A stretch of 64,000 nt of DNA from Pseudomonadota bacterium. GTDB lineage: Bacteria; Desulfobacterota; Binatia; UBA9968. Shown in pieces: positions 16,510-25,725 of the stretch. Within the stretch, counting starts at the first letter, position 1. Each line of letters begins with the position of its first letter. The notes under the pieces were generated by a model. It was not told the DNA's origin and made no database searches. It saw only the letters and a program-made list of their open reading frames with translations. A program made the position numbers and the translations under genes. The stretch covers positions 83,904-147,903 of the forward strand of contig JAJPJQ010000038.1 of NCBI GenBank assembly GCA_021324155.1, read 5' to 3'.

Positions 16510-17794
16510 TTATTTCTCGAATGCGCCGATGTCGCAGCCGCCGCCCTGAGGGCGCGTCGTGCCGCGCTGATCGGTCGCGGGACAGTCCGCGTCGGCCGGC
16601 GCTGCGTCGATCGCCGGGCTGCCCGGATTGAGCGCATGGGTGAGCGTCGCCCCGCCGTTGTCGGCGAGAGGAGCGAGGATGCTACCGATCATCACCCCTG
16701 TTGTGGGAACGATGTCGGAAACGTCAGGAGTAAATCCGACCACGCCCGGATCATTGTTGACGCCGAAGACATTTAACTGGTCATCCGTAATCATTATATA
16801 ATTGTGGAGAGGTACGTCGGAATATATCTCGGCACCCGAAAAACGCTTGATTCCCGGAGACGATGCTGCGGGTGATAGCGAGTTGGGTGAACGCGTGTGA
16901 GCCTCCGACTCCTCCGGTTTTATCGTTTCAAATCCCGCCCCCCTCGGTCGCGCTATTGCCGGTGATGGTGCTGTTCTCGATCGTGAGATAGTGTTGATTG
17001 GTTACGCCGCCGCCATACCCATAGCCGCCTTTTCCCGGTATTGATTGGTTGCCGGAGATCGTACTGTTCAAAATTTTTGTAAAACCGCCGTTAAAGAAAC
17101 CACCGCCATGGCCGTTTTTGTTCGATCCTCCGATTGCCGAATTGCCGGAAATGGTGCTGTTCTCGACTAGGAGGCTCGTGCCGAAAGTGTCAATTGCACC
17201 GCCGAAGCCGCTAGCACCGGTTCCACTCGTAGCTTTGTTAGCTGAAATCGTACTGTTCCGAATGATGGCATCCCCGCCGTTCAGCGCGATGGCTCCTCCG
17301 ACGCCAGTTCCGCCCTTAAAACCGGTAGCGCTATTTACGGAAACGATACTATCGACAATGCCAATGTAGCCACCCCGGCCGTAAATTGCGCCGCCGGCGG
17401 CTGAGATGTTAGACATTCCGCCTCTGACTTTATTACCGGAGAGGGTGCTGTTTTTGATTGTAACAGTGCCGTCGAAATTACTAATTGACCCGCCATAAAT
17501 CGCCAGATTGCCGGAGATCGTGCTGTTATTAATACTGATCGTTCCAGTATTTAATATTGCTCCGCCATCGAGAGCCGTGTTGCCGAAAATACTGCTATGA
17601 TCAATAATGAAGAAGCCAGTAGACGCGTTGTAGATCGCCCGACCATCGACCGTGTCGGAATTGCCCGATACCATAGTATTAAAAAGTGTAGTGTTACCGC
17701 CGATATCATCCCATGTAAAACATTGCCGGTTTACCGCAATAACGTTTCCGCTAATCAACAAGACCTTATATTGATGGAGAATGATGCCGGTCAC
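16510..17794 (-). pseudogene. Degenerate fourth copy of the beta-helix/choice-of-anchor-Q family: N-terminally truncated, internal TGA stop and frameshift
   Basis: ORFs 16928-17794 (beta-helix repeats NSTISGN...) and 16510-16794 (LADNGGATLTHAL...CPATDQRGTTRPQGGGCDIGAFEK) are separated by an in-frame TGA at 16928-16930 and a 1-nt frame change near 16795-16800. There is no N-domain, hydrophobic segment or CSLREA motif. Confidence 0.65.
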
Positions 17795-18020
17795 AAACGT
17801 TCCCGTCTTTGTGCCTCATTTGCTTATACTTATGCGAAGGTGATTTCCGGTTTGCGGCAGGTTAATGCATTTGGCGGTCGGAAGTTGGTTAGTTGACAGC
17901 GCCGTCCATCACACGACCGCCTGCCGGCATGCATGCCTGCTCGCCGCGCGGATCGTGCGATTTAAAGAAAAGATGTCAGGGCGGATATGGCTAGGACCGG
18001 GCGCTCGCGCCGCCGGCCGC

Positions 18021-18722
18021 TCAAAGCCCGCGGCGGGCCGGGAGCTCCTTCATGCGCTCGAGCACCTCGTCGAGGTGCATGACGTCGGCGTATTTGTGAT
18101 GGAGATCGAAAAGCGACACTTTGTGCGAGAGAGGGCTCCGGTCGAACACGCACTCCTCTACCACTGTGGTATGGAAGCCGTTGGAGTAGGCGTCGACCAC
18201 GCTCGCGCGCACGCAGCCGCTCGTCGACTCGCCGCAGACAATCAAGCTGTTGACGCCCAGCATCGTTAGATTCGCCGCCAGCGGCGTGCCGTAAAAGCCG
18301 CTCGCGCGCTGCTTGTGGATCACGAGATCGCCCGGCTCGGGGCGAAACGCTTCATAGATTTCCATCCCGTCCGGGGCTTTCTTTTTCTCCTGCCGGTTGG
18401 TCGCGCGCACGCGCCCGGGCCGCGCGTCGGGGCGCGTCTCGCCGCGCGTGTAGATCACCGGCAGCCCGAGCGCCCGCGCGGCGGCGAAGAGCCGCTTGGT
18501 CGGCTCGATCGCGTTCCACGCGTATTCGCCGCAGGCGCTCGGGAATTGTTTCACGACTTCGCGCACCGGCAGCGCGCCGCCTTCGTAAACGAGATTGTAA
18601 AGATCGATCGCGAGCAGCGCCGGCCGGTCGCCGATGTAGGTATCTCTTTTATAGTGGCGGTAAATCTCGAGCAGCTCTTCGTCGACGATGTCTTTCCAGC
18701 AGTGGTCTTCGAATCGATCCAT
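18021..18722 (-). CDS. Isochorismatase-family cysteine hydrolase
   Basis: Start at internal ATG MDRFEDH with RBS GGAGGA. Conserved LIVCGESTSGCVRASVVDA motif of the isochorismatase family. Confidence 0.75.
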   Translation of the reverse strand: MDRFEDHCWKDIVDEELLEIYRHYKRDTYIGDRPALLAIDLYNLVYEGGALPVREVVKQFPSACGEYAWNAIEPTKRLFAAARALGLPVIYTRGETRPDARPGRVRATNRQEKKKAPDGMEIYEAFRPEPGDLVIHKQRASGFYGTPLAANLTMLGVNSLIVCGESTSGCVRASVVDAYSNGFHTTVVEECVFDRSPLSHKVSLFDLHHKYADVMHLDEVLERMKELPARRGL

Positions 18723-18838
18723 GTTTCCTCCGCGAAACCGTTCCGGTGTATATCTATGCGCGGGCCGCGACTCTGTCAACCTTCGTTTGACTCCATCGCG
18801 GGTGAAACGTATGTTTGCCCGAGAGAGGAATAATCGAC

Positions 18839-20131
18839 ATGGCCCTCAACAAGGAACTGGCGCAAAAAGTGCTCGCCGAGATCGACCGCGACGAATTGGC
18901 GCGGCTCGGCTGCGATCTCGTCAATCTCCCGAGCCCGACCGGGCAGGAAAAAGCGGTCGCGGAATTCATTCTCGACTGGTTCAAAGCGAACGGTCTCAAG
19001 CCGGTCCGGCAGGACGTCGAAGTCGACCGGCCCAACGCCGTCGGCGTGCTCAAGGGCGACGGCACCGGGGTGAGCCTCGGCTTCAACGGCCACATGGATA
19101 CGAGCTTCACCGGCACGGCGGAGGATCTCCGCATGGTCGCCGACATCGAGCCCGACGAAATGCTCAAGGGCTCGATCGCCGGCGACAAAGTGCGCGGCCT
19201 CGGCATCTCGAACATGAAAGGCGGCGTCGCCGCTTTCATGATCGCGGCCAAGGCGCTCAAGAAGAGCGGTGTCAAGCTCAAGGGCGACGCCGTCTTCGCG
19301 GCGGTCGTCGGCGAGATTTCGCGCACGCCGATCGGCCCCTGGCAGACGAAAGAATATCGCGGCGAAGGCGCCGGCACGCGGCATTTGCTCACGCACGGCA
19401 TGCACACCGACTATGCCGTCGTCGCCGACGGCTCGGACATGAACATCGTCTGGACGCAGACCGGAGTCGTGCAGCTCAAGATCACGACGTTCGGCAAGGC
19501 GGAAGCGGCCTGGGGCAGCAAGCGCGCGACGCATCCGATGGAGAAGCTCAACGCGATCGTCAAGATGACGAAGATCATCGCCGGCATCGAGAAATGGGCC
19601 GAGTGCTTCGAGGAGCGCTACATCTACAACTCCCCCACCGGCCCGCTGTTTCCGAAGGTCAACATCGGCGCGATCGAAGGCGGCGCGCCGTACCGGCCGA
19701 ACTATTTTCCCGGGGTCTGCAGCATCTACGTCGACATCCGTATGCCGCCGCAGGTGCGGCCGGTCACGATCCAGCACGAGGTGGAAAAAACGCTCGCGGC
19801 GCTGGGAGTGGAATACGACCTCGACATCTACAAATCGCTGCTGGGACACGAGGGCAAGGGCGTCGAACCGCTCGTCGAATCGCTCGAGCAAATCCATCAG
19901 CATCTATTCGGATCGAAGCTCCGCTTCGAGGCGCCCGACCGCGCGAGCATCTGGACCGACACCAACGTGTACAACGAGCTCGGCATCCCGGCCGTCAAGG
20001 TCGGTCCGCGCGGCCGGCGCATCGGCCCGCGCGCCGAAGAGATCGACGTCGCCGAGATGGTGAAAGCGGCGCAGATCTACGCGCTCGTCGCGCTGGACAT
20101 CTGCAGCCGCGAGCGGCCGCGCTCGGCCTGA
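18839..20131 (+). CDS. M20-family metallopeptidase / deacylase (ArgE/DapE-like)
   Basis: Start MALNKELAQ with RBS GAGAGGAA. GFNGHMDT and GxSNMKGG M20 motifs. Confidence 0.8.
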   Translation: MALNKELAQKVLAEIDRDELARLGCDLVNLPSPTGQEKAVAEFILDWFKANGLKPVRQDVEVDRPNAVGVLKGDGTGVSLGFNGHMDTSFTGTAEDLRMVADIEPDEMLKGSIAGDKVRGLGISNMKGGVAAFMIAAKALKKSGVKLKGDAVFAAVVGEISRTPIGPWQTKEYRGEGAGTRHLLTHGMHTDYAVVADGSDMNIVWTQTGVVQLKITTFGKAEAAWGSKRATHPMEKLNAIVKMTKIIAGIEKWAECFEERYIYNSPTGPLFPKVNIGAIEGGAPYRPNYFPGVCSIYVDIRMPPQVRPVTIQHEVEKTLAALGVEYDLDIYKSLLGHEGKGVEPLVESLEQIHQHLFGSKLRFEAPDRASIWTDTNVYNELGIPAVKVGPRGRRIGPRAEEIDVAEMVKAAQIYALVALDICSRERPRSA

Positions 20132-20175
20132 AATCCGTGAAGCACCGCGCCGCGCGCGCTTTAAGAATCCCGAGC

Positions 20176-21558
20176 ATGACCACGTTGTCGTCGAGGCGCT
20201 TTGGCTGGCTCGCGTTGTGTCTCGCGCTCGCGGCCCCAGGCTGCTCCGCGCAACCGCCGCGCATCGTTTCGATTTCGAATCCATCCCCGTTCCGTCCGCG
20301 TAGTCCGCTGCAGGTAAAAACGCTGGAAGAAGCGCTGGCCGCGATCGTCACCGTGTGCACGACCGACCTCGAACTTCCGCCCGTGCAGCCATTACACGTG
20401 GAGCTTTATAGCGACCCGGAGAGCTTCGCCGAGGCCACGGAGCACCTCACCGCCGGGCGGTCGGACGCACCGGAGCACAAGGGCACGTTCTCTGTGGCTC
20501 TGCCGTACGAAAATCGTCTGCATGTCAACATGGCCAGCATACGCGGGCAGCCGCGCGGCCCGCTGCTGCGCCTTTTGGCGCATGAATACGGCCACAATAT
20601 CGAATACGTCGTGGCTGGGTCGCGAACCGCTCCGCGATGGGTGAGCGAAGGCTTCGCCGAGTGGGTCGCGGCCAAGGTCGTGGACGCGCTCGGATGGGAG
20701 AGCTATGCCTCATCGCTCGGCCGCGCGGAGCGCGAGCTCATGCGCTACGACTTCGAGCCGCCGACGCTGCCGCAACTCGAGACCGCCGCCGGCTGGACCC
20801 GGAGCTCCCAGATGCCGAAAGGCCGGGTCGCCACTTACGACCTTGCATTTTTCGCCGTCGACAAGCTGATCGAGAAAAAAGGCTCCGCCGCGATGATGGA
20901 TTTTTTTGCCGACAAGGACTTCCAGACGGCGTTCGGCGTCTCGCCGGGCGATTTCCAGCGCGCCGTCGCGGCCGACCTGGAGACGGCGTACAATGCCACC
21001 GCCATCCTCGGCAAAAGATTCTCGGCGGAGAAACCGGAATGGAAGGTCGGTTATCAGTGGCGCTATGCGCTTCAGGCGCCCGGTCTGAAAGGCGCCGCGC
21101 TCGTGTCGAACGAAGTCGTGCGCGAGGAAGTCTTCGAAGGCGTTCCCGCCTACGTTCTATCGGCCGGGAACAAGGAATATCCGCATGAAAAAGCGACGCT
21201 CGCCGTCCTCGCTACGGTCTCCAACGGCAAAGTCGTCATCAAAAACTCGCCGCCCTCGCTGACGCTCGCTTGGCCGCTCGAGGTCGGCAAACGCTGGCAA
21301 AACCAGTACACGATCCAGGATGTCGAGGACAAGCAAAGCGCGAAAATCAATACCGAAGTTATCGTCGGCGACTTCGAAATCGTCCGCGTGCCGGCCGGAT
21401 CGTTTCCGGCCTTCCGCATCGAAACCTACACATCGCCGGGCGGCGAGCTCATCTCCGATCAATGGTACGCGCCCGCCGTCAAGTGGTTCGTCAAGTCGAA
21501 ATTTTACCGTGAGGACGGCGTCGTCGAGCAGGGCCTCGCCGCATTCAAGCTCGATTGA
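20176..21558 (+). CDS. Lipoprotein with Peptidase_MA-like HExxH domain (LLAHEYGHN...WVSEGFAEW) fused to the uncharacterised domain shared with 14712-15389
   Basis: Signal/lipobox MTTLSSRRFGWLALCLALAAPGCS. HEYGH plus a downstream Glu (gluzincin-like). C-terminal 170 aa paralogous to the 14712 lipoprotein. The long upstream ORF extension (18688-) is a high-GC frame artefact. Confidence 0.65.
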   Translation: MTTLSSRRFGWLALCLALAAPGCSAQPPRIVSISNPSPFRPRSPLQVKTLEEALAAIVTVCTTDLELPPVQPLHVELYSDPESFAEATEHLTAGRSDAPEHKGTFSVALPYENRLHVNMASIRGQPRGPLLRLLAHEYGHNIEYVVAGSRTAPRWVSEGFAEWVAAKVVDALGWESYASSLGRAERELMRYDFEPPTLPQLETAAGWTRSSQMPKGRVATYDLAFFAVDKLIEKKGSAAMMDFFADKDFQTAFGVSPGDFQRAVAADLETAYNATAILGKRFSAEKPEWKVGYQWRYALQAPGLKGAALVSNEVVREEVFEGVPAYVLSAGNKEYPHEKATLAVLATVSNGKVVIKNSPPSLTLAWPLEVGKRWQNQYTIQDVEDKQSAKINTEVIVGDFEIVRVPAGSFPAFRIETYTSPGGELISDQWYAPAVKWFVKSKFYREDGVVEQGLAAFKLD

Positions 21559-21564
21559 TACGAC

Positions 21565-21606
21565 CAAAAAAAGGGCCGGTCCCGCGGTGGCGGGCCGGCC
21601 CTTTTC
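21565..21606. terminator. Bidirectional Rho-independent terminator between convergent genes
   Basis: A8 run - GGGCCGGTCCCGC ggtg GCGGGCCGGCCC - TTTT. Confidence 0.75.
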
Positions 21607-21625
21607 GCATCGCCTCGACGATGTC

Positions 21626-22333
21626 TTAAGGGATATCCGCTTGCGCGGCGGCGCTCATGATCTCGCCTTTCTGCTGGCCTGTGATCACCTTCGCCTTCTT
21701 CAGCACGTTGGTCGCGTGCGCGACGCAGCTTACGAACTGACCGTGATTTTTCGGCGTGCCGGTATTGCCAGGACCGCCGGGACCCGGTTTGCCTGGCTTG
21801 CCGTTAGGGCCGCCCTTGGGCTTTTTCAACGCTGCCTGCGTGCCTGGCGTGACGCCGGCGCAAGCCTGAATCGTCGTCGCAAGCGACTCGGCGAGGCTGC
21901 AGCCGGTGGGAAGAATCGTATCGCCGAAACCCGATAGCGTGATATCGCCGATCACAAGATCGCCGCCCTCGATCGTCGCAGGGCACTGGTCGACGCCGTT
22001 GGCGACCCCATCGCCGTCGCAGTCGGCCGCAGCATCGAGGTTATTACAGGTGTCGCTCCCATTGGGGATGCCGTCGTTATCGCAGTCGGCCAGCGGGTCC
22101 AGGTTATTGCAGGTATCGTTGCCGTTAGGAACGCCGTCGCTGTCGCAGTCGGCCGCCGGGTCGAGGTTGTTACAGGTGTCGGTGCCGTTCGGTATACCGT
22201 CGTTGTCGCAGTCGGCCGCCGGGTCTAGTGGGTCGCACGTGGTGACCTGAGCCCGGACCGGCATCGGCCGATAGCCGACAAATAGCGCCAGCAGTAGCGC
22301 GCTTAAAACCCTGATTACTTTCTTGCTCGCCAT
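21626..22333 (-). CDS. Secreted calcium-binding protein with four thrombospondin type-3-like repeats
   Basis: Start MASKKVIRVLSALLLALFVG (RBS GGGAGGTG). 4x 21-aa repeats DP(A/L)ADCDNDG(I/V)PNGxDTCNNL. The C-terminal Gly/Pro-rich region contains the only GPxGKPGKPGPxG collagen-like tripeptide run in the window. Confidence 0.7.
   Translation of the reverse strand: MASKKVIRVLSALLLALFVGYRPMPVRAQVTTCDPLDPAADCDNDGIPNGTDTCNNLDPAADCDSDGVPNGNDTCNNLDPLADCDNDGIPNGSDTCNNLDAAADCDGDGVANGVDQCPATIEGGDLVIGDITLSGFGDTILPTGCSLAESLATTIQACAGVTPGTQAALKKPKGGPNGKPGKPGPGGPGNTGTPKNHGQFVSCVAHATNVLKKAKVITGQQKGEIMSAAAQADIP
21976..22234 (-). repeat. Tandem 63-bp coding repeats (x4) encoding TSP3-like repeats
   Basis: Near-identical nucleotide repeats GTCGC(T/A)GTCGCAGTCGGCCGC...GGTGTC visible on the plus strand. 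Confidence 0.6.
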
Positions 22334-22545
22334 AATCCGCACCTCCCGAAAGTGGTATTGCTGCGAGGGAAGTGAAAGCACGATTTATGCCGGGACATCG
22401 GGTGTTGAAAGTCGGCCGTAAAGCGCGCTATTACACCATATTTTTCGCGCAAAATTTTGAGATCGAGGCGCAAAAAGGCGTCAAGGCGGGCATACAGTGT
22501 AGGGTTCGATTCTCCAATGAATGGGAAACCCTACAGATGACGCAT

Positions 22546-24162
22546 TTAGGGATCAACGGGATCAGGCCGAGAACGCACAAAATGAAGCGGCAGGATTTTT
22601 CCCCTCGGGCTCGCGTATGGCGCCTCGCGGCTGATTCTGAAAGTACCCGCTTCGGCCCAAATTTTCGTTTGGAATGCATTGCCTCGCTGCCCGCGCCCGA
22701 GTTCTTCCCGCAATCGTGTCAAAAGCCGCCGCTCGTCGATCCCCGACACGACGGGATGGACGCGCAGCGTTAGGCGCGTCTGTCCGCCCGCGTCTTCTTC
22801 CTCGACGAGCTGATAATCGCCGGGCGCGCCGCCGAATTCGCGGGGCAGCTCGCTTTCGAAGAAATCGTGCAGGTCGCCGTAAAAGTAATTCATGCCTTCG
22901 CTGGTGAATTTCTCGTAGCTGCGAATGTGGTGCAGGTGTAATTTCAGGCCCACCCGCTCGAATGCGCAGCCGCAGTTTCTAGTTTCGAACGTCGCATAGT
23001 CGCCGTTGGCGACGTTCAGGAGCAACTTGGCGTATCCGTCGTGAAGCGTCGTGCAAAGAAGCCGCGGCATGCGCGATGCGCCCCCTTCGATCGAAACAGG
23101 AAACGCAATGACCGCCAGCCGATGTTGCTGCACATGCATGTCATCTACATGACCCGGGTTCGCGCATGCCATCGCTACCGAGCCGCCGCCTTCGAAGGCA
23201 TAATCCGTCACGGCAGCGGCGCCGACGCTCGCGATGGCGGCGCGCTTCGCTTCGGTAAAAGGCTCGCCGCCAAGATGAAATTTCGTGCCCTCGATAGCGA
23301 TGCCCTTTTGTCCCGCCGCTTTCGCGATTCTCGTCGCGTTGCTGGCGCTGGTCTTGATGCAGCAGTTTCTTCCATTCCGTTTCACTTCGTTGATCCAGGC
23401 GACGATGCGGTCGACCTCCTCCAATGAGGTAAACTCCGGCCTTGCGGCGCCGGGACCATAGATATTGGCCATCGCGATAAAGAGATGCGTCATGCAAGTA
23501 TTGTAAAGCCGCGAGGCGCTGTTGCTCGTCGGCATACGACGCGCAAACCAGCGCTCTGTCGGGATACCGAGACGCGCGTGCTGCACGATCGCGCGTATCC
23601 CTCCGCCCGAGGGTAGAATCGCCTCGAAGATACCGTGAGCGCGGGAGAAAAGATCGTGCGCGGAATAAAATAAACAATGCGAAGACGTCCGTTCGCCCCA
23701 GCGCTCGAGCGAGCCGACCGACGCGATCGGCGCATTGTTGGTCCCGCTGCTGCGCGTGGTCACGCCCACGGACGGCGCGGGCGGCGCGAAATCGCTCGGA
23801 GAGACCCGAAACGACAGGCTTCCTCGGACAACATCGGTTTTTCCCTTGAACTCATCCGCCATGAAGTACACGCCTTCTTTCGCGAGCTTCTCCAGACTCT
23901 CTTCCACGCCGTCGCGCATGACCGCGTCTCTCAGATCGCCGAGTCCACAGCCCGCCATCTTGAATAGCTTGAGGTATGGGCTTCTCGGCCAATCGAAAAT
24001 GTGTCGCTGCGCCAGGTCGAGAAATCTCTCTGCGCGCGATGCGAGCGCGAGGCGGACCGCGGCCTCCGCTTGTTCGATGGTCACGCGTTGACGGAAAAAA
24101 GCGGGTAGCGCCCGGAGCAGGCGGTAATTCTGTTGGATGCGACTTTGCAGATCGTTAGTCAA
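22546..24162 (-). CDS. Putative adenylate-forming enzyme, PaaK/CapK/F390-synthetase-like (family assignment tentative)
   Basis: 538 aa. TTG start preceded by AGGTGG. SSGT-containing segment and overall size fit PaaK-like ligases. No firm motif match is possible by eye. Confidence 0.45.
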   Translation of the reverse strand: MTNDLQSRIQQNYRLLRALPAFFRQRVTIEQAEAAVRLALASRAERFLDLAQRHIFDWPRSPYLKLFKMAGCGLGDLRDAVMRDGVEESLEKLAKEGVYFMADEFKGKTDVVRGSLSFRVSPSDFAPPAPSVGVTTRSSGTNNAPIASVGSLERWGERTSSHCLFYSAHDLFSRAHGIFEAILPSGGGIRAIVQHARLGIPTERWFARRMPTSNSASRLYNTCMTHLFIAMANIYGPGAARPEFTSLEEVDRIVAWINEVKRNGRNCCIKTSASNATRIAKAAGQKGIAIEGTKFHLGGEPFTEAKRAAIASVGAAAVTDYAFEGGGSVAMACANPGHVDDMHVQQHRLAVIAFPVSIEGGASRMPRLLCTTLHDGYAKLLLNVANGDYATFETRNCGCAFERVGLKLHLHHIRSYEKFTSEGMNYFYGDLHDFFESELPREFGGAPGDYQLVEEEDAGGQTRLTLRVHPVVSGIDERRLLTRLREELGRGQRGNAFQTKIWAEAGTFRISREAPYASPRGKILPLHFVRSRPDPVDP

Positions 24163-24183
24163 AAAACGCCACCTGGCCGCCGG

Positions 24184-24438
24184 CTAGTAGTGGATGCCCG
24201 TTCGTTCGCAACGATCAGCACCGCTTGCGCCAGGGGAAGAAATCCTCCTGCTCGAGGTCGGGAGATCGAGGAATCTTTTTTCGCGATCATCCAGCAGGCG
24301 GCGAATGCGCTCCTCGGCTTTATCGGAAGCGATACGCTCGCGCAAAAATTCGGGCATAGCTTTCGCCAGCCGGTAATTTTGCCGCGCCCGTTGTCTCAAC
24401 TCAGAGGCGAACTCGCGGTAGGATCGTTGAAACGGCAT
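24184..24438 (-). pseudogene. 84-codon ORF that duplicates the N-terminal ~50 aa of the downstream 538-aa gene (partial tandem duplication / gene remnant)
   Basis: ASELRQRARQNYRLAKAMPEFLRERIASDKAEERIRRLLDDREKRFLDL aligns with TNDLQSRIQQNYRLLRALPAFFRQRVTIEQAEAAVRLALASRAERFLDL. It is in the same frame as the downstream gene, separated by a TAG and 8 codons. Confidence 0.4.
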
Positions 24439-24446
24439 CGGCGAGG

Positions 24447-25607
24447 TCAGGGCTTGACGATCAGCGACGGCTCTTCTTTCGCCTTCTGCTTCGCCTGGGC
24501 GAGATAGTACGCGATGCTTTTTTGCACGAGGCCGGTAAGAAATGCGATATCGAGCATTCCGATGCCGCCTTCGGCGAGCTGAAGCGCGACCGCGAGCGCG
24601 AGCAGCGCCGGCTCGCGCCGCCCCCCTTCCGCCAGGCACCACGACGCGTCTTCCAACCGGCGGCGGAAAATCGCGCCGCTCTCGCCGGCAAATATTTCCC
24701 GCGCCGCGTCGCGGACGATCGCCGCGAGCCGCTCTTCTTTCTGCGCGTCGTTCAGCACGAGCCGGCTTTCCTGCGCCTGCTCGATGCGGTCGATGTAAGG
24801 CTTCATCCAGTCTTCGTCGACGAGCCAAAAGCGAAACGCCGGATCTTCGAGCAGCCGGCGCGAGCGGCCGCGCCAATCCTCGCTCTGCGCCGAGTCTTTC
24901 GCCAACCGGCTGTATATCGGATGCTCGACTTCGCGCGCCTTCGCCGCGTTGAACGCCGCGCGCATCGAGGCGAACTGTCCGGTTTTCTGGCCCGCAGCCT
25001 TCGCCTTCTCGTAGGCGTTATAAAGGATTCCGTCCGCATAGTCCCACGGCGCCGGCGCCATCGGGAGATTGGCGTTCTTTTGAATTTCCTCGGCCTGCGC
25101 GCGCAGATCTTTTCGTTTGACGACCCCGCCGTCGGCCTGGAGCAGGCCGGTGCGGTCGCTCACTACGCCCTGGAGCAGCTGGAGACCGCCGCCGGCGTGC
25201 GGCCTGACGAGCCAGACGAGGCGGTCGCCGGCGCCGTCGATGATCGTGAGATAGCCTTCGATGTCCGACATCGGCGCGACCGCGGATCGTTTGCCGCCTG
25301 ACGCGTCTTCCGCGCGCGTGACCGTCAAACCGCGCTGCTCCAGCTTGAACAGCGACCGGCGCGCCTCGCGCTTGAGATCTTTTGCCGTCGCGGCCGTCTC
25401 GATTTTGATCAGCGCCTCGACGGCGGCGGGATCGGCTATGCGGCCGAGGAGAAACGCGACGGCGAGATCGACGGCGGGGCTTTCTCCCAGCCGCCGCGTG
25501 AGCGGCCCGATCGACGCCGCCGCGAGCGCCGCCTGGTCGAATCCGGTTTGCTGAAGCTCTTCCAGCCCGCGCTTCAGCGCGGCTTCGCGCGCGTCTTTCT
25601 TCGCCAT
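24447..25607 (-). CDS. Hypothetical protein (386 aa, mostly helical, no recognisable domain)
   Basis: Clean ATG start MAKKDAREAAL. Codirectional with and immediately upstream of the duplicated fragment and ligase-like gene. Confidence 0.55.
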   Translation of the reverse strand: MAKKDAREAALKRGLEELQQTGFDQAALAAASIGPLTRRLGESPAVDLAVAFLLGRIADPAAVEALIKIETAATAKDLKREARRSLFKLEQRGLTVTRAEDASGGKRSAVAPMSDIEGYLTIIDGAGDRLVWLVRPHAGGGLQLLQGVVSDRTGLLQADGGVVKRKDLRAQAEEIQKNANLPMAPAPWDYADGILYNAYEKAKAAGQKTGQFASMRAAFNAAKAREVEHPIYSRLAKDSAQSEDWRGRSRRLLEDPAFRFWLVDEDWMKPYIDRIEQAQESRLVLNDAQKEERLAAIVRDAAREIFAGESGAIFRRRLEDASWCLAEGGRREPALLALAVALQLAEGGIGMLDIAFLTGLVQKSIAYYLAQAKQKAKEEPSLIVKP

Positions 25608-25725
25608 CTTCCTATTATGTTAGCAAAAACGAGATCAATCGGGAGGACTTGCGGAAGGCGCAGAATTGAAACCGGCCCTTACATCGCGCAATTGCAACGA
25701 CGCACGCGAGTCCTTTATCGGCGAA

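Noticed and set aside
18688-21558. 956-aa ORF on the plus strand
   Set aside because: Its first ~490 residues are R/A/G-rich alternate-frame translation running across the M20 peptidase gene and intergenic DNA, a typical high-GC open-frame artefact. The real gene starts at the internal ATG 20176 with a lipoprotein signal peptide.
22499-22535. GTAGGGTT...AACCCTAC hairpin downstream of the ligase-like gene
   Set aside because: 8-bp stem with a 20-nt loop and no adjacent U-run on either strand. Not convincing as an intrinsic terminator.
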